The position numbers and the translations under genes are program-made. From positions 1-64,000 of the forward strand of contig JAUCBJ010001919.1 of assembly GCA_032718475.1 (NCBI GenBank): a DNA stretch of 64,000 bases. Reading direction: 5' to 3'. Positions within the stretch are counted from its first letter, which is position 1, and each line of letters begins with the position of its first letter. The notes below the pieces were generated by a model that saw only the letters and a program-made list of their open reading frames with translations, had not been told where the DNA came from and did not search any database. The stretch comes from Nemertoderma westbladi. Its lineage: Eukaryota; Animalia; Xenacoelomorpha. Positions 22,001-36,687 of the stretch are shown here, piece after piece.

Positions 22001-25000
22001 TGAATGTCCTCCTACAGTACTGAATGTCCTCCTACAGTACTGAATGTCCTCCTACAGTACTGAATGTCCTCCTACATTACTGAATATCCTCCTACATTAC
22101 TGAATGTCCTCCTACATTACATTACTGAATGACCTCCTACATTACTGAAAGTCCTCCTACAGTACTGAATGTCCTCCTACAGTACTGAATGTCCTCCTAC
22201 ATTACTGAATATCCTCCTACATTACTGAATGTCCTCCTACATTACATTACTGAATGTCCTCCTACATTACTGAATGTCCTCCTACATTACATTACTGAAT
22301 GTCCTCCTACATTACTGAATATCCTCCTACATTACTGAATGTCCTCCTACATTACTGAATGTCCTCCTACATTACTGAATGTCCTCCTACATTACTGAAT
22401 GTCCTCCTACATTACTGAATGTCCTCCTACATTACTGAATGTCCTCCTACATTACTGAATGTCCTCCTACATTACTGAATGTCCTCCTACATTACTGAAT
22501 GTCCTCCTACATTACTGAATGTCCTCCTACATTACTGAATGTCCTCCTACATTACTGAATGTCCTCCTACATTACTGAATGTCCTCCTACATTACTGAAT
22601 GTCCTCCTACATTACTGAATGTCCTCCTACATTACTGAATGTCCTCCTACATTACTGAATGTCCTCCTACATTACATTACTGAATGTCCTCCTACATTAC
22701 TGAATATCCTCCTACATTACATTACTGAATGTCCTCCTACAGTACTGAAAGTCCTCCTACAGTACTGAATGTCCTCCTACAGTACTGAATGTCCTCCTAC
22801 ATTACTGAATATCCTCCTACATTACTGAATGTCCTCCTACATTACATTACTGAATGTCCTCCTACATTACTGAATGTCCTCCTACATTACATTACTGAAT
22901 GTCCTCCTACATTACTGAATATCCTCCTACATTACTGAATGTCCTCCTACATTACTGAATGTCCTCCTACATTACTGAATGTCCTCCTACATTACTGAAT
23001 GTCCTCCTACATTACTGAATGTCCTCCTACATTGCTGAATGTCCTCCTACATTACATTACTGAATGTCCTCCTACATTACTGAATGTCCTCCTACAGTAC
23101 TGAATGTCCTCCTACATTACTGAATGTCCTCCTACATTACTGAATATCCTCCTACAGTACTGAATGTCCTCCTACAGTACTGAATGTCCTCCTTCAGTAC
23201 TGAATGTCCTCCTACAGTACTGAATGTCCTCCTACATTACTGAATATCCTCCTACATTACTGAATGTCCTCCTACATTACATTACTGAATGTCCTCCTAC
23301 ATTACATTACTGAATGTCCTCCTACATTACTGAATATCCTCCTACATTACTGAATATCCTCCTACATTACATTACTGAATGTCCTCCTACATTACATTAC
23401 TGAATGTCCTCCTACATTACAGTACTGAATGTCCTCCTACAGTACTGAATGTCCTCCTACAGTACTGAATGTCCTCCTACAGTACTGAATGTCCTCCTAC
23501 ATTACTGAATGTCCTCCTACATTACATTACTGAATATCCTCATACAGTACTGAATGTCCTCCTACAGTACTGAATGTCCTCCTTCAGTACTGAATGTCCT
23601 CCTACAGTACTGAATGTCCTCCTACATTACTGAATGTCCTCCTACAGTACTGAATGTCCTCCTACAGTACTGAATGTCCTCCTACATTACTGAATGTCCT
23701 CCTACATTACATTACTGAATGTCCTCCTACATTACTGAATATCCTCCTACAGTACTGAATGTCCTCCTACAGTACTGAATGTCCTCCTTCAGTACTGAAT
23801 GTCCTCCTACAGTACTGAATGTCCTCCTACATTACTGAATGTCCTCCTACATTACTGAATGTCCTCCTACATTACTGAATGTCCTCCTACATTACTGAAT
23901 GTCCTCCTACATTACTGAATGTCCTCCTACAGTACTGAATGTCCTCCTACAGTACTGAATGTCCTCCTACATTACTGAATGTCCTCCTACATTACATTAC
24001 TGAATGTCCTCCTACATTACTGAATATCCTCCTACATTACTGAATGTCCTCCTACATTACATTACTGAATGTCCTCCTACATTACATTACTGAATGTCCT
24101 CCTACATTACTGAATATCCTCCTACATTACTGAATATCCTCCTACATTACATTACTGAATGTCCTCCTACATTACATTACTGAATGTCCTCCTACATTAC
24201 ATTACTGAATGTCCTCCTACATTACATTACTGAATGTCCTCCTACATTACATTACTGAATGTCCTCCTACATTACATTACTGAATGTCCTCCTACATTAC
24301 TGAATGTCCTTCTACATTACTGAATGTCCTCCTACATTACATTACTGAATGTCCTCCTACATTACATTACTGAATGTCCTTCTACATTACTGAATGTCCT
24401 CCTACATTACTGAATGTCCTCCTACATTACATTACTGAATGTCCTTCTACATTACTGAATGTCCTCCTACATTACATTACTGAATGTCCTCCTACATTAC
24501 TGAATGTCCTCCTACATTACATTACTGAATGTCCTCCTACATTACATTACTGAATGTCCTCCTACATTACTGAACATCCTCCTACAGTACTGAATGTCCT
24601 CCTACAGTACTGAATGTCCTCCTACAGTACTGAATGTCCTCCTACAGTACTGAATGTCCTCCTACATTACATTACTGAATGTCCTCCTACATTACTGAAT
24701 GTCCTCCTACATTACTGAATGTCCTCCTACATTACTGAATGTCCTCCTACATTACTGAATGTCCTCCTACAGTACTGAATGTCCTCCTACATTACTGAAT
24801 GTCCTCCTACATTACATTACTGAATGTCCTCCTACATTACTGAATGTCCTCCTACAGTACTGAATGTCCTCCTACATTACTGAATGTCCTCCTACATTAC
24901 TGAATGTCCTCCTACATTACTGAATGTCCTCCTACATTACTGAATGTCCTCCTACATTACTGAATGTCCTCCTACATTACATTACTGAATGTCCTCCTAC

Positions 25001-28000
25001 AGTACTGAATGTCCTCCTACATTACTGAATATCCTCCTACAGTACTGAATGTCCTCCTACAGTACTGAATGTCCTCCTACAGTACTGAATGTCCTCCTAC
25101 AGTACTGAATGTCCTCCTACATTACATTAATGAATGTCCTCCTACATTACTGAATGTCCTCCTACATTACTGAATGTCCTCCTACAGTACTGAATGTCCT
25201 CCTACATTACTGAATGTCCTCCTACATTACATTACTGAATGTCCTCCTACATTACTGAATGTCCTCCTACATTACTGAATGTCCTCCTACATTACTGAAT
25301 GTCCTCCTACATTACTGAATGTCCTCCTACATTACATTACTGAATGTCCTCCTACATTACATTACTGAATGTCCTCCTACATTACTGAATGTCCTCCTAC
25401 ATTACTGAATGTCCTCCTACATTACTGAATGTCCTCCTACAGTACTGAATGTCCTCCTACATTACTGAATATCCTCCTACAGTACTGAATGTCCTCCTAC
25501 AGTACTGAATGTCCTCCTACAGTACTGAATGTCCTCCTACAGTACTGAATGTCCTCCTACAGTACTGAATGTCCTCCTACATTACATTACTGAATGTCCT
25601 CCTACATTACTGAATGTCCTCCTACATTACTGAATGTCCTCCTACATTACTGAATATCCTCCTACAGTACTGAATGTCCTCCTACAGTACTGAATGTCCT
25701 CCTACAGTACTGAATGTCCACCTACAGTACTGAATGTCCTCCTACAGTACTGAATGTCCTCCTACATTACTGAATGTCCTCCTACAGTACTGAATGTCCT
25801 CCTACAGTACTGAATGTCCTCCTACAGTACTGAATGTCCTCCTACATTACTGAATATCCTCCTACATTACTGAATGTCCTCCTACATTACATTACTGAAT
25901 GACCTCCTACATTACTGAAAGTCCTCCTACAGTACTGAATGTCCTCCTACAGTACTGAATGTCCTCCTACATTACTGAATATCCTCCTACATTACTGAAT
26001 GTCCTCCTACATTACATTACTGAATGTCCTCCTACATTACTGAATGTCCTCCTACATTACATTACTGAATGTCCTCCTACATTACTGAATATCCTCCTAC
26101 ATTACTGAATGTCCTCCTACATTACTGAATGTCCTCCTACATTACTGAATGTCCTCCTACATTACATTACTGAATGTCCTCCTACATTACTGAATATCCT
26201 CCTACATTACATTACTGAATGTCCTCCTACAGTACTGAAAGTCCTCCTACAGTACTGAATGTCCTCCTACAGTACTGAATGTCCTCCTACATTACTGAAT
26301 ATCCTCCTACATTACTGAATGTCCTCCTACATTACATTACTGAATGTCCTCCTACATTACTGAATGTCCTCCTACATTACATTACTGAATGTCCTCCTAC
26401 ATTACTGAATATCCTCCTACATTACTGAATGTCCTCCTACATTACTGAATGTCCTCCTACATTACTGAATGTCCTCCTACATTACTGAATGTCCTCCTAC
26501 ATTACTGAATGTCCTCCTACATTGCTGAATGTCCTCCTACATTACATTACTGAATGTCCTCCTACATTACTGAATGTCCTCCTACAGTACTGAATGTCCT
26601 CCTACATTACTGAATGTCCTCCTACATTACTGAATATCCTCCTACAGTACTGAATGTCCTCCTACAGTACTGAATGTCCTCCTTCAGTACTGAATGTCCT
26701 CCTACAGTACTGAATGTCCTCCTACATTACTGAATATCCTCCTACATTACTGAATGTCCTCCTACATTACATTACTGAATGTCCTCCTACATTACATTAC
26801 TGAATGTCCTCCTACATTACTGAATATCCTCCTACATTACTGAATATCCTCCTACATTACATTACTGAATGTCCTCCTACATTACATTACTGAATGTCCT
26901 CCTACATTACAGTACTGAATGTCCTCCTACAGTACTGAATGTCCTCCTACAGTACTGAATGTCCTCCTACAGTACTGAATGTCCTCCTACATTACTGAAT
27001 GTCCTCCTACATTACATTACTGAATATCCTCATACAGTACTGAATGTCCTCCTACAGTACTGAATGTCCTCCTTCAGTACTGAATGTCCTCCTACAGTAC
27101 TGAATGTCCTCCTACATTACTGAATGTCCTCCTACAGTACTGAATGTCCTCCTACAGTACTGAATGTCCTCCTACATTACTGAATGTCCTCCTACATTAC
27201 ATTACTGAATGTCCTCCTACATTACTGAATATCCTCCTACAGTACTGAATGTCCTCCTACAGTACTGAATGTCCTCCTTCAGTACTGAATGTCCTCCTAC
27301 AGTACTGAATGTCCTCCTACATTACTGAATGTCCTCCTACATTACTGAATGTCCTCCTACATTACTGAATGTCCTCCTACATTACTGAATGTCCTCCTAC
27401 ATTACTGAATGTCCTCCTACAGTACTGAATGTCCTCCTACAGTACTGAATGTCCTCCTACATTACTGAATGTCCTCCTACATTACATTACTGAATGTCCT
27501 CCTACATTACTGAATATCCTCCTACATTACTGAATGTCCTCCTACATTACATTACTGAATGTCCTCCTACATTACATTACTGAATGTCCTCCTACATTAC
27601 ATTACTGAATGTCCTCCTACATTACTGAATATCCTCCTACATTACTGAATGTCCACCTACATTACTGAATGTCCTCCTACATTACATTACTGAATGTCCT
27701 CCTACATTACATTACTGAATGTCCTCCTACATTACATTACTGAATGTCCTCCTACATTACATTACTGAATGTCCTCCTACATTACATTACTGAATGTCCT
27801 CCTACATTACATTACTGAATGTCCACCTACATTACTGAATGTCCTCCTACATTACATTACTGAATGTCCTCCTACATTACATTACTGAATGTCCTCCTAC
27901 ATTACATTACTGAATGTCCTCCTACATTACATTACTGAATGTCCTCCTACATTACATTACTGAATGTCCTCCTACATTACATTACTGAATGTCCTCCTAC

Positions 28001-31000
28001 ATTACTGAATGTCCTTCTACATTACTGAATGTCCTCCTACATTACATTACTGAATGTCCTCCTACATTACATTACTGAATGTCCTTCTACATTACTGAAT
28101 GTCCTCCTACATTACTGAATGTCCTCCTACATTACATTACTGAATGTCCTTCTACATTACTGAATGTCCTCCTACATTACATTACTGAATGTCCTCCTAC
28201 ATTACTGAATGTCCTCCTACATTACATTACTGAATGTCCTCCTACATTACATTACTGAATGTCCTCCTACATTACTGAACATCCTCCTACAGTACTGAAT
28301 GTCCTCCTACAGTACTGAATGTCCTCCTACAGTACTGAATGTCCTCCTACAGTACTGAATGTCCTCCTACATTACATTACTGAATGTCCTCCTACATTAC
28401 TGAATGTCCTCCTACATTACTGAATGTCCTCCTACATTACTGAATGTCCTCCTACATTACTGAATGTCCTCCTACAGTACTGAATGTCCTCCTACATTAC
28501 TGAATGTCCTCCTACATTACATTACTGAATGTCCTCCTACATTACTGAATGTCCTCCTACAGTACTGAATGTCCTCCTACATTACTGAATGTCCTCCTAC
28601 ATTACTGAATGTCCTCCTACATTACTGAATGTCCTCCTACATTACTGAATGTCCTCCTACATTACTGAATGTCCTCCTACATTACATTACTGAATGTCCT
28701 CCTACAGTACTGAATGTCCTCCTACATTACTGAATATCCTCCTACAGTACTGAATGTCCTCCTACAGTACTGAATGTCCTCCTACAGTACTGAATGTCCT
28801 CCTACAGTACTGAATGTCCTCCTACATTACATTAATGAATGTCCTCCTACATTACTGAATGTCCTCCTACATTACTGAATGTCCTCCTACAGTACTGAAT
28901 GTCCTCCTACATTACTGAATGTCCTCCTACATTACATTACTGAATGTCCTCCTACATTACTGAATGTCCTCCTACATTACTGAATGTCCTCCTACATTAC
29001 TGAATGTCCTCCTACATTACTGAATGTCCTCCTACATTACATTACTGAATGTCCTCCTACATTACATTACTGAATGTCCTCCTACATTACTGAATGTCCT
29101 CCTACATTACTGAATGTCCTCCTACATTACTGAATGTCCTCCTACAGTACTGAATGTCCTCCTACATTACTGAATATCCTCCTACAGTACTGAATGTCCT
29201 CCTACAGTACTGAATGTCCTCCTACAGTACTGAATGTCCTCCTACAGTACTGAATGTCCTCCTACAGTACTGAATGTCCTCCTACATTACATTACTGAAT
29301 GTCCTCCTACATTACTGAATGTCCTCCTACATTACTGAATGTCCTCCTACATTACTGAATATCCTCCTACAGTACTGAATGTCCTCCTACAGTACTGAAT
29401 GTCCTCCTACAGTACTGAATGTCCACCTACAGTACTGAATGTCCTCCTACAGTACTGAATGTCCTCCTACATTACTGAATGTCCTCCTACAGTACTGAAT
29501 GTCCTCCTACAGTACTGAATGTCCTCCTACAGTACTGAATGTCCTCCTACATTACTGAATATCCTCCTACATTACTGAATGTCCTCCTACATTACATTAC
29601 TGAATGACCTCCTACATTACTGAAAGTCCTCCTACAGTACTGAATGTCCTCCTACAGTACTGAATGTCCTCCTACATTACTGAATATCCTCCTACATTAC
29701 TGAATGTCCTCCTACATTACATTACTGAATGTCCTCCTACATTACTGAATGTCCTCCTACATTACATTACTGAATGTCCTCCTACATTACTGAATATCCT
29801 CCTACATTACTGAATGTCCTCCTACATTACTGAATGTCCTCCTACATTACTGAATGTCCTCCTACATTACTGAATGTCCTCCTACATTACTGAATGTCCT
29901 CCTACATTACTGAATGTCCTCCTACATTACTGAATGTCCTCCTACATTACTGAATGTCCTCCTACATTACTGAATGTCCTCCTACATTACTGAATGTCCT
30001 CCTACATTACTGAATGTCCTCCTACATTACTGAATGTCCTCCTACATTACTGAATGTCCTCCTACATTACTGAATGTCCTCCTACATTACTGAATGTCCT
30101 CCTACATTACTGAATGTCCTCCTACATTACATTACTGAATGTCCTCCTACATTACTGAATATCCTCCTACATTACATTACTGAATGTCCTCCTACAGTAC
30201 TGAAAGTCCTCCTACAGTACTGAATGTCCTCCTACAGAACTGAATGTCCTCCTACATTACTGAATATCCTCCTACATTACAGAATGTCCTCCTACATTAC
30301 ATTACTGAATGTCCTCCTACATTACTGAATGTCCTCCTACATTACATTACTGAATGTCCTCCTACATTACTGAATATCCTCCTACATTACTGAATGTCCT
30401 CCTACATTACTGAATGTCCCCCTACATTACTGAATGTCCTCCTACATTACTGAATGTCCTCCTACATTACTGAATGTCCTCCTACATTACTGAATGTCCT
30501 CCTACATTACTGAATGTCCTCCTACATTACTGAATGTCCTCCTACATTACATTACTGAATGTCCTCCTACATTACTGAATGTCCTCCTACAGTACTGAAT
30601 GTCCTCCTACATTACTGAATGTCCTCCTACATTACTGAATATCCTCCTACAGTACTGAATGTCCTCCTACAGTACTGAATGTCCTCCTACAGTACTGAAT
30701 GTCCTCCTACAGTACTGAATGTCCTCCTACATTACTGAATATCCTCCTACATTACTGAATGTCCTCCTACATTACATTACTGAATGTCCTCCTACATTAC
30801 ATTACTGAATGTCCTCCTACATTACTGAATATCCTCCTACATTACTGAATATCCTCCTACATTACATTACTGAATGTCCTCCTACATTACATTACTGAAT
30901 GTCCTCCTACATTACAGTACTGAATGTCCTCCTACAGTACTGAATGTCCTCCTACAGTACTGAATGTCCTCCTACAGTACTGAATGTCCTCCTACATTAC

Positions 31001-33020
31001 TGAATGTCCTCCTACATTACATTACTGAATGTCCTCCTACATTACTGAATATCCTCCTACCTTACTGAATGTCCTCCTACATTACATTACTGAATGTCCT
31101 CCTACATTACATTACTGAATGTCCTCCTACATTACTGAATATCCTCCTACATTACTGAATATCCTCCTACATTACATTACTGAATGTCCTCCTACATTAC
31201 ATTACTGAATGTCCTCCTACATTACATTACTGAATGTCCTCCTACATTACATTACTGAATGTCCTCCTACATTACATTACTGAATGTCCTCCTACATTAC
31301 ATTACTGAATGTCCTCCTACATTACTGAATGTCCTTCTACATTACTGAATGTCCTCCTACATTACATTACTGAATGTCCTCCTACATTACATTACTGAAT
31401 GTCCTTCTACATTACTGAATGTCCTCCTACATTACTGAATGTCCTCCTACATTACATTACTTAATGTCCTTCTACATTACTGAATGTCCTCCTACATTAC
31501 ATTACTGAATGTCCTCCTACATTACTGAATGTCCTCCTACATTACATTACTGAATGTCCTCCTACATTACATTACTGAATGTCCTCCTACATTACTGAAC
31601 ATCCTCCTACAGTACTGAATGTCCTCCTACAGTACTGAATGTCCTCCTACAGTACTGAATGTCCTCCTACAGTACTGAATGTCCTCCTACATTACATTAC
31701 TGAATGTCCTCCTACATTACTGAATGTCCTCCTACATTACTGAATGTCCTCCTACATTACTGAATGTCCTCCTACATTACTGAATGTCCTCCTACAGTAC
31801 TGAATGTCCTCCTACATTACTGAATGTCCTCCTACATTACATTACTGAATGTCCTCCTACATTACTGAATGTCCTCCTACAGTACTGAATGTCCTCCTAC
31901 ATTACTGAATGTCCTCATACATTACTGAATGTCCTCCTACATTACTGAATGTCCTCCTACATTACTGAATGTCCTCCTACATTACTGAATGTCCTCCTAC
32001 ATTACATTACTGAATGTCCTCCTACAGTACTGAATGTCCTCCTACATTACTGAATATCCTCCTACAGTACTGAATGTCCTCCTACAGTACTGAATGTCCT
32101 CCTACAGTACTGAATGTCCTCCTACAGTACTGAATGTCCTCCTACATTACATTAATGAATGTCCTTCTACATTACTGAATGTCCTCCTACATTACTGAAT
32201 GTCCTCCTACAGTACTGAATGTCCTCCTACATTACTGAATGTCCTCCTACATTACATTACTGAATGTCCTCCTACATTACTGAATGTCCTCCTACAGTAC
32301 TGAATGTCCTCCTACATTACTGAATGTCCTCCTACATTACTGAATGTCCTCCTACATTACTGAATGTCCCCCTACATTACTGAATGTCCTCCTACATTAC
32401 TGAATGTCCTCCTACATTACTGAATGTCCTCCTAGATTACTGAATGTCCTCCTACATTACATTACTGAATGTCCTCCTACATTACTGAATGTCCTCCTAC
32501 ATTACTGAATGTCCTCCTACATTACTGAATGTCCTCCTACAGTACTGAATGTCCTCCTACATTACTGAATATCCTCCTACCGTACTGAATGTCCTCCTAC
32601 AGTACTGAATGTCCTCCTACAGTACTGAATGTCCTCCTACAGTACTGAATGTCCTCCTACATTACTGAATGTCCTCCTACATTACTGAATGTCCTCCTAC
32701 ATTACTGAATGTCCTCCTACATTACTGAATATCCTCCTACAGTACTGAATGTCCTCCTACAGTACTGAATGTCCTCCTACAGTACTGAATGTCCTCCTAC
32801 AGTACTGAATGTCCACCTACAGTACTGAATGTCCTCCTACAGTACTGAATGTCCTCCTACATTACTGAATGTCCTCCTACAGTACTGAATGTCCTCCTAC
32901 AGTACTGAATGTCCTCCTACAGTACTGAATGCCCTCCTACATTACTGAATATCCTCCTACATTACTGAATGTCCTCCTACATTACATTACTGAATGTCCT
33001 CCTACATTACATTACTGAAT
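16007..33020 (+). repeat. 20-bp satellite DNA (GAATGTCCTCCTACATTACT)n, left block
   Basis: About 800 tandem units. Common variants are CAGTACT, GAATATCC and a 25-bp unit with duplicated ACATT. Kilobase-scale higher-order repeats are present. Confidence 0.98.
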
Positions 33021-33600
33021 TTGATTTGATTTGATTTGATTTTTTTACCTCAACAACAAATTATATGCACTAAACAGATAAAATCGCAATGTAAAGCGAA
33101 ACAACGATGAGAAACAACAATGAATATTATATAACTATGCATAGTAGTGTAAAGCGTAGGTAAAATATTATTAATATAATGTGCAGTATAAACAAGAAGG
33201 ATATCGTATGTAGTGAATATAAATGTAGATATGTATGTAAATAGGAGTGTAAATATAATTAATGTAACGTACTGTAAAAACAAGAAGGATAGCGTATGTA
33301 GTGACGTGTGGATGGCCTCATGAGGTTTCACCTCGTTTCCATGAGGGTCCAGGATAAAACTCAAGTAAAATAAATATCTGTGAATATACCGGTAATTAGC
33401 GGTAAGTATATAAAGAGTAAAAAGCATATATAATTGAATTAAAGGTACGGTTGATACTGTGGTTTATCTAAGAGTAAAAAAACAGATAAAATTGAAATAA
33501 AAGGTAGACCAAGAGTAGTATATATTATAAATCTCGAATACGTTAAAAATTAAATAAATAGAGATATTATTGTATCGGTCGGTCTAAAATTCGTTAAAAA

Positions 33601-36600
33601 TTAAATATAGAGAAAGACGGATGAGTCGTCATCTTCGATCTTAGTCATTAAGTAGTCCTTCAATTTATGTTTGAATGTTACTAATGAAGAGCACTCAGTT
33701 AGAACCTTAGGGAGTGCATTCCATAGTTTTGGACCATAGAAACTGAAAGTGGTCTGTCCATAAATTGTCTTCCGATCGGGAATCAATGCCCTATCTTGAG
33801 AAGAACGGAGACCGCTTCGTCCTTCATTGAAAGTGACCATGTCATTCATGTACTCTGGCGAGAGGCCGTTTCTTACTCTAAACATGTGTGATAAAATAAC
33901 TGATTGCACTCGCTCGCGGAGGGGAAGCCAGTTGATTGCAACATAATGTGAAGCATTAATATGGATACGAGGGCCAAGACCGAGGCAGAAACGGATGCAT
34001 TTTCTTTGAAGGGCTTCAACATTAGTTCGAAGTTTCTTTGTGATGGTGAAAAACCAAGTGGGTGCAGCATAGTCAATGTGTGGCTGGATGAGTGAATTGC
34101 AAAGTAGTCGTCTAAGGGAGCGGTCGAGGATGGCACCATGTCGATGAAGGAAGCGTAGACGCGAGTTTCCTTTTTTTAATACTCTAAGCACCATTTCCAT
34201 GCCAGTAAGGGATTCATTTATGGTGGCTCCTAGGTAGGTTACTGCTTTCTTTGTAGATATACGGTTTCCATTGCAGTAAACCTCTAAGGGACACGGTGCA
34301 GCTGCTAATCTCTGATGAGTTCCAAATAAAATACATTCGGTTTTCTCAAAGTTAATACTCAGTCTGTTGTCAAGGCACCAGTCTGATACTTTGTCCATGG
34401 TGGCAGATAGTGTTGACGATATTGCCTGAACACAGCTATTAGCAGTGAGGAGGCCAACATCATCGGCAAATTTAGGGGGCAGGATGGAATCGTCAGAGGT
34501 TGGAGTTGCTATATGGGAGGAGTCTGGGATCGAACAGTCTGTGCGACAGACGTCGTTACTGTTCATGGATGAAGGTAATATTTGGTCAAAGTCGTTAGTT
34601 GCTAAACCAAATAACAATACTGCCAATATAGCGCCCTGAGGCACACCATCATCGACTACCTGTGGAGTTGAAGTAGCAGTACCAATATCGACGTATTGCA
34701 TCCGACCATTTAGATACGATTTAAACCAATTCTGTGTAGCTGGGTCGGCACCTATAGCTCTCAGTTTTTGTATTATGATGCCATGGTTTAGAGTATCAAA
34801 CGCTTTGCGAAAATCAATCAGTATCATACCAGTTAGTAGGCCATGGTCGATTGCTTCTCTGATGTAGTTATCAACCAATAAGAGTGTTGTATCAGTGGAG
34901 AACATAGGTCGAAATCCAGACTGGAACTTATTCATAAGGTGTTGTGAAGTTACATAGAAAAACATTTGGTCATATGCAATGCGTTCAAGTATTTTCGACA
35001 GTATTGGAAGGTTGGAAAGGGGCCTGTTATTACCGCTGATTATCACTGGACCTTTTTTATGGGCAGGGACTACACGAGCTATTTTATAGTTATCAGGAAA
35101 GATTGAAGATGAGATAGACAGGTTGACTAAGTGGGTAAACGGTTTTATCAGCGCAATTGCCCCATCACTGATTATGCGTGAAGGGATACCATCAGGGCCT
35201 CCAGCTTTACAGGGGTCAATCTTAGAGAATATTTTGGCAACGTCATCCTCTTCAACTGGGTGCAAGCTGAACGCATTCTCCATTACTCCGAGTCCCTTGT
35301 AGTATTCCAATGTAGATTCAAAGCCATAACGGCCTGGTGGTTTAGGCATTGCTGATACTAGTTCTTTTGCAATATTAGTGAAGTAGGTATTGAGGTGCTC
35401 GCAGACTTTCGATGGATCATGTGAAATTTCGCCATCAATTAAAAGGCTTTTAGTGGTTGTCTTGGAGTGGGCTCCTTGCTTTCTAGTAGGAGGACCGATA
35501 GTCTTAAGAACTTTCCACAGTTTCTTGCTATCACCAGTTGCATTTTTCAATTGTAGACTGATGTACGATACCTTTTTACATTTTATGAGGTTGGTTGCTT
35601 TGTTTCTTAGGACTCTAAAGGCCTCCTGGTTTAGGAGTGTTCTTTCATTGGTGAATTTGAGAGAGGCTCTATTGCGGGCGATGATTGCGTCTTTCACCTC
35701 CCTATCAACCCATGGTTGTGAGAAAGATTTTATGCGGCATTTGCGAAAAGGAGCAATTTCATCTAAAATACTTGTTAACACATCATCCACTATGGTTGCT
35801 GCAGTATTGACATCAGTTGTATATGGCAAATCTTGTAGGGATGTATTATTTGTCAGTTTTTCGAGCAATATCTCTTTGGAGTAAGTTGAGTAAGAACGGC
35901 AGTTACTAGTCAGGGGAATAGCTGGTTTTGGTTTTTGTCTTTTTCTTGTAACAAAAATTATGTAGTGGTCACTTAGACGTTCCTTAATAACTCCACTGGT
36001 TGTAATCATATTTGGTTGCGAAACAAAGGCATGGTCAATTAATGTGGCTGTAGAAGCTGTGACCCGAGTTGCTTCGGTTATTAACTGGCAGAGACCAAGT
36101 GTATTGGTGAAGCTGTATAGGCTTTGAAGGAGGCCGTCGGTAGCAAGGGGGGATGGTATGCATTTGTAGTTACCTAACAGGTCTATGTTAGTATCCCCCA
36201 GAATGATTATCTCACCGTATTTTGATGTATCGCCAAGGAATGAGACCAGATTGTCAAACATATTTTTGTCACTGTCGGGTCGGTATACCACACCAAGCAG
36301 AATTGTCTTTGTGCTAGGTAATGATAGTTCACCAAATAGAACCTCAGATGTGCAATTGTAACTCCATTCTAGAACATCAAATACAAGACTTGAGTTGATA
36401 TAGATAGCGACTCCACCTCCATTTCTATTCCTATCGCGCCGAAAGATATTATATCCAGGAATACCAATTTCGGCATTAGTGATAGAATCATCAAGCCATG
36501 ACTCAGAAATCATGAGAATATCAATTGAGCCTGGTTCTAATATACATTTTAGTTCGGGAATCATAGGAAGCAAGCTGCGTATATTAGCATGGGCTACATG

Positions 36601-36627
36601 GACTCCCCTGGAGTCAAACTGGCTCAA
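33601..36627 (-). CDS. LINE ORF2: AP-endonuclease + reverse transcriptase (1008 aa; frame open back to 36687)
   Basis: APE motifs HANIRSL, ISESWL, RRDRNRNGGGVAIY, VYRP, GDTNID, TLIDH, LSDH. RT motifs KAGGPDGI, NRPLSNLP, QSGFR, IDFRKAFD, GVPQGAILAVLLF, FADD, YLG. C-terminal FSFYGPKLWNALP...FKHKLK, typical of CR1/L2-group elements. Confidence 0.95.
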   Translation of the reverse strand: MSQFDSRGVHVAHANIRSLLPMIPELKCILEPGSIDILMISESWLDDSITNAEIGIPGYNIFRRDRNRNGGGVAIYINSSLVFDVLEWSYNCTSEVLFGELSLPSTKTILLGVVYRPDSDKNMFDNLVSFLGDTSKYGEIIILGDTNIDLLGNYKCIPSPLATDGLLQSLYSFTNTLGLCQLITEATRVTASTATLIDHAFVSQPNMITTSGVIKERLSDHYIIFVTRKRQKPKPAIPLTSNCRSYSTYSKEILLEKLTNNTSLQDLPYTTDVNTAATIVDDVLTSILDEIAPFRKCRIKSFSQPWVDREVKDAIIARNRASLKFTNERTLLNQEAFRVLRNKATNLIKCKKVSYISLQLKNATGDSKKLWKVLKTIGPPTRKQGAHSKTTTKSLLIDGEISHDPSKVCEHLNTYFTNIAKELVSAMPKPPGRYGFESTLEYYKGLGVMENAFSLHPVEEDDVAKIFSKIDPCKAGGPDGIPSRIISDGAIALIKPFTHLVNLSISSSIFPDNYKIARVVPAHKKGPVIISGNNRPLSNLPILSKILERIAYDQMFFYVTSQHLMNKFQSGFRPMFSTDTTLLLVDNYIREAIDHGLLTGMILIDFRKAFDTLNHGIIIQKLRAIGADPATQNWFKSYLNGRMQYVDIGTATSTPQVVDDGVPQGAILAVLLFGLATNDFDQILPSSMNSNDVCRTDCSIPDSSHIATPTSDDSILPPKFADDVGLLTANSCVQAISSTLSATMDKVSDWCLDNRLSINFEKTECILFGTHQRLAAAPCPLEVYCNGNRISTKKAVTYLGATINESLTGMEMVLRVLKKGNSRLRFLHRHGAILDRSLRRLLCNSLIQPHIDYAAPTWFFTITKKLRTNVEALQRKCIRFCLGLGPRIHINASHYVAINWLPLRERVQSVILSHMFRVRNGLSPEYMNDMVTFNEGRSGLRSSQDRALIPDRKTIYGQTTFSFYGPKLWNALPKVLTECSSLVTFKHKLKDYLMTKIEDDDSSVFLYI

Positions 36628-36687
36628 CCATTCATAGAGAGGAGAATAAGGAGAATCTTTTGGGTCAACATAGTGGCGCGGTGATAG

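Noticed and set aside
33050-33427. 125-aa hydrophobic ORF in the LINE 3' UTR as an ORF3 or membrane protein
   Set aside because: Its composition (F, I, L, Y, T, H) is what a T/A-rich low-complexity UTR yields, and there is no other support.
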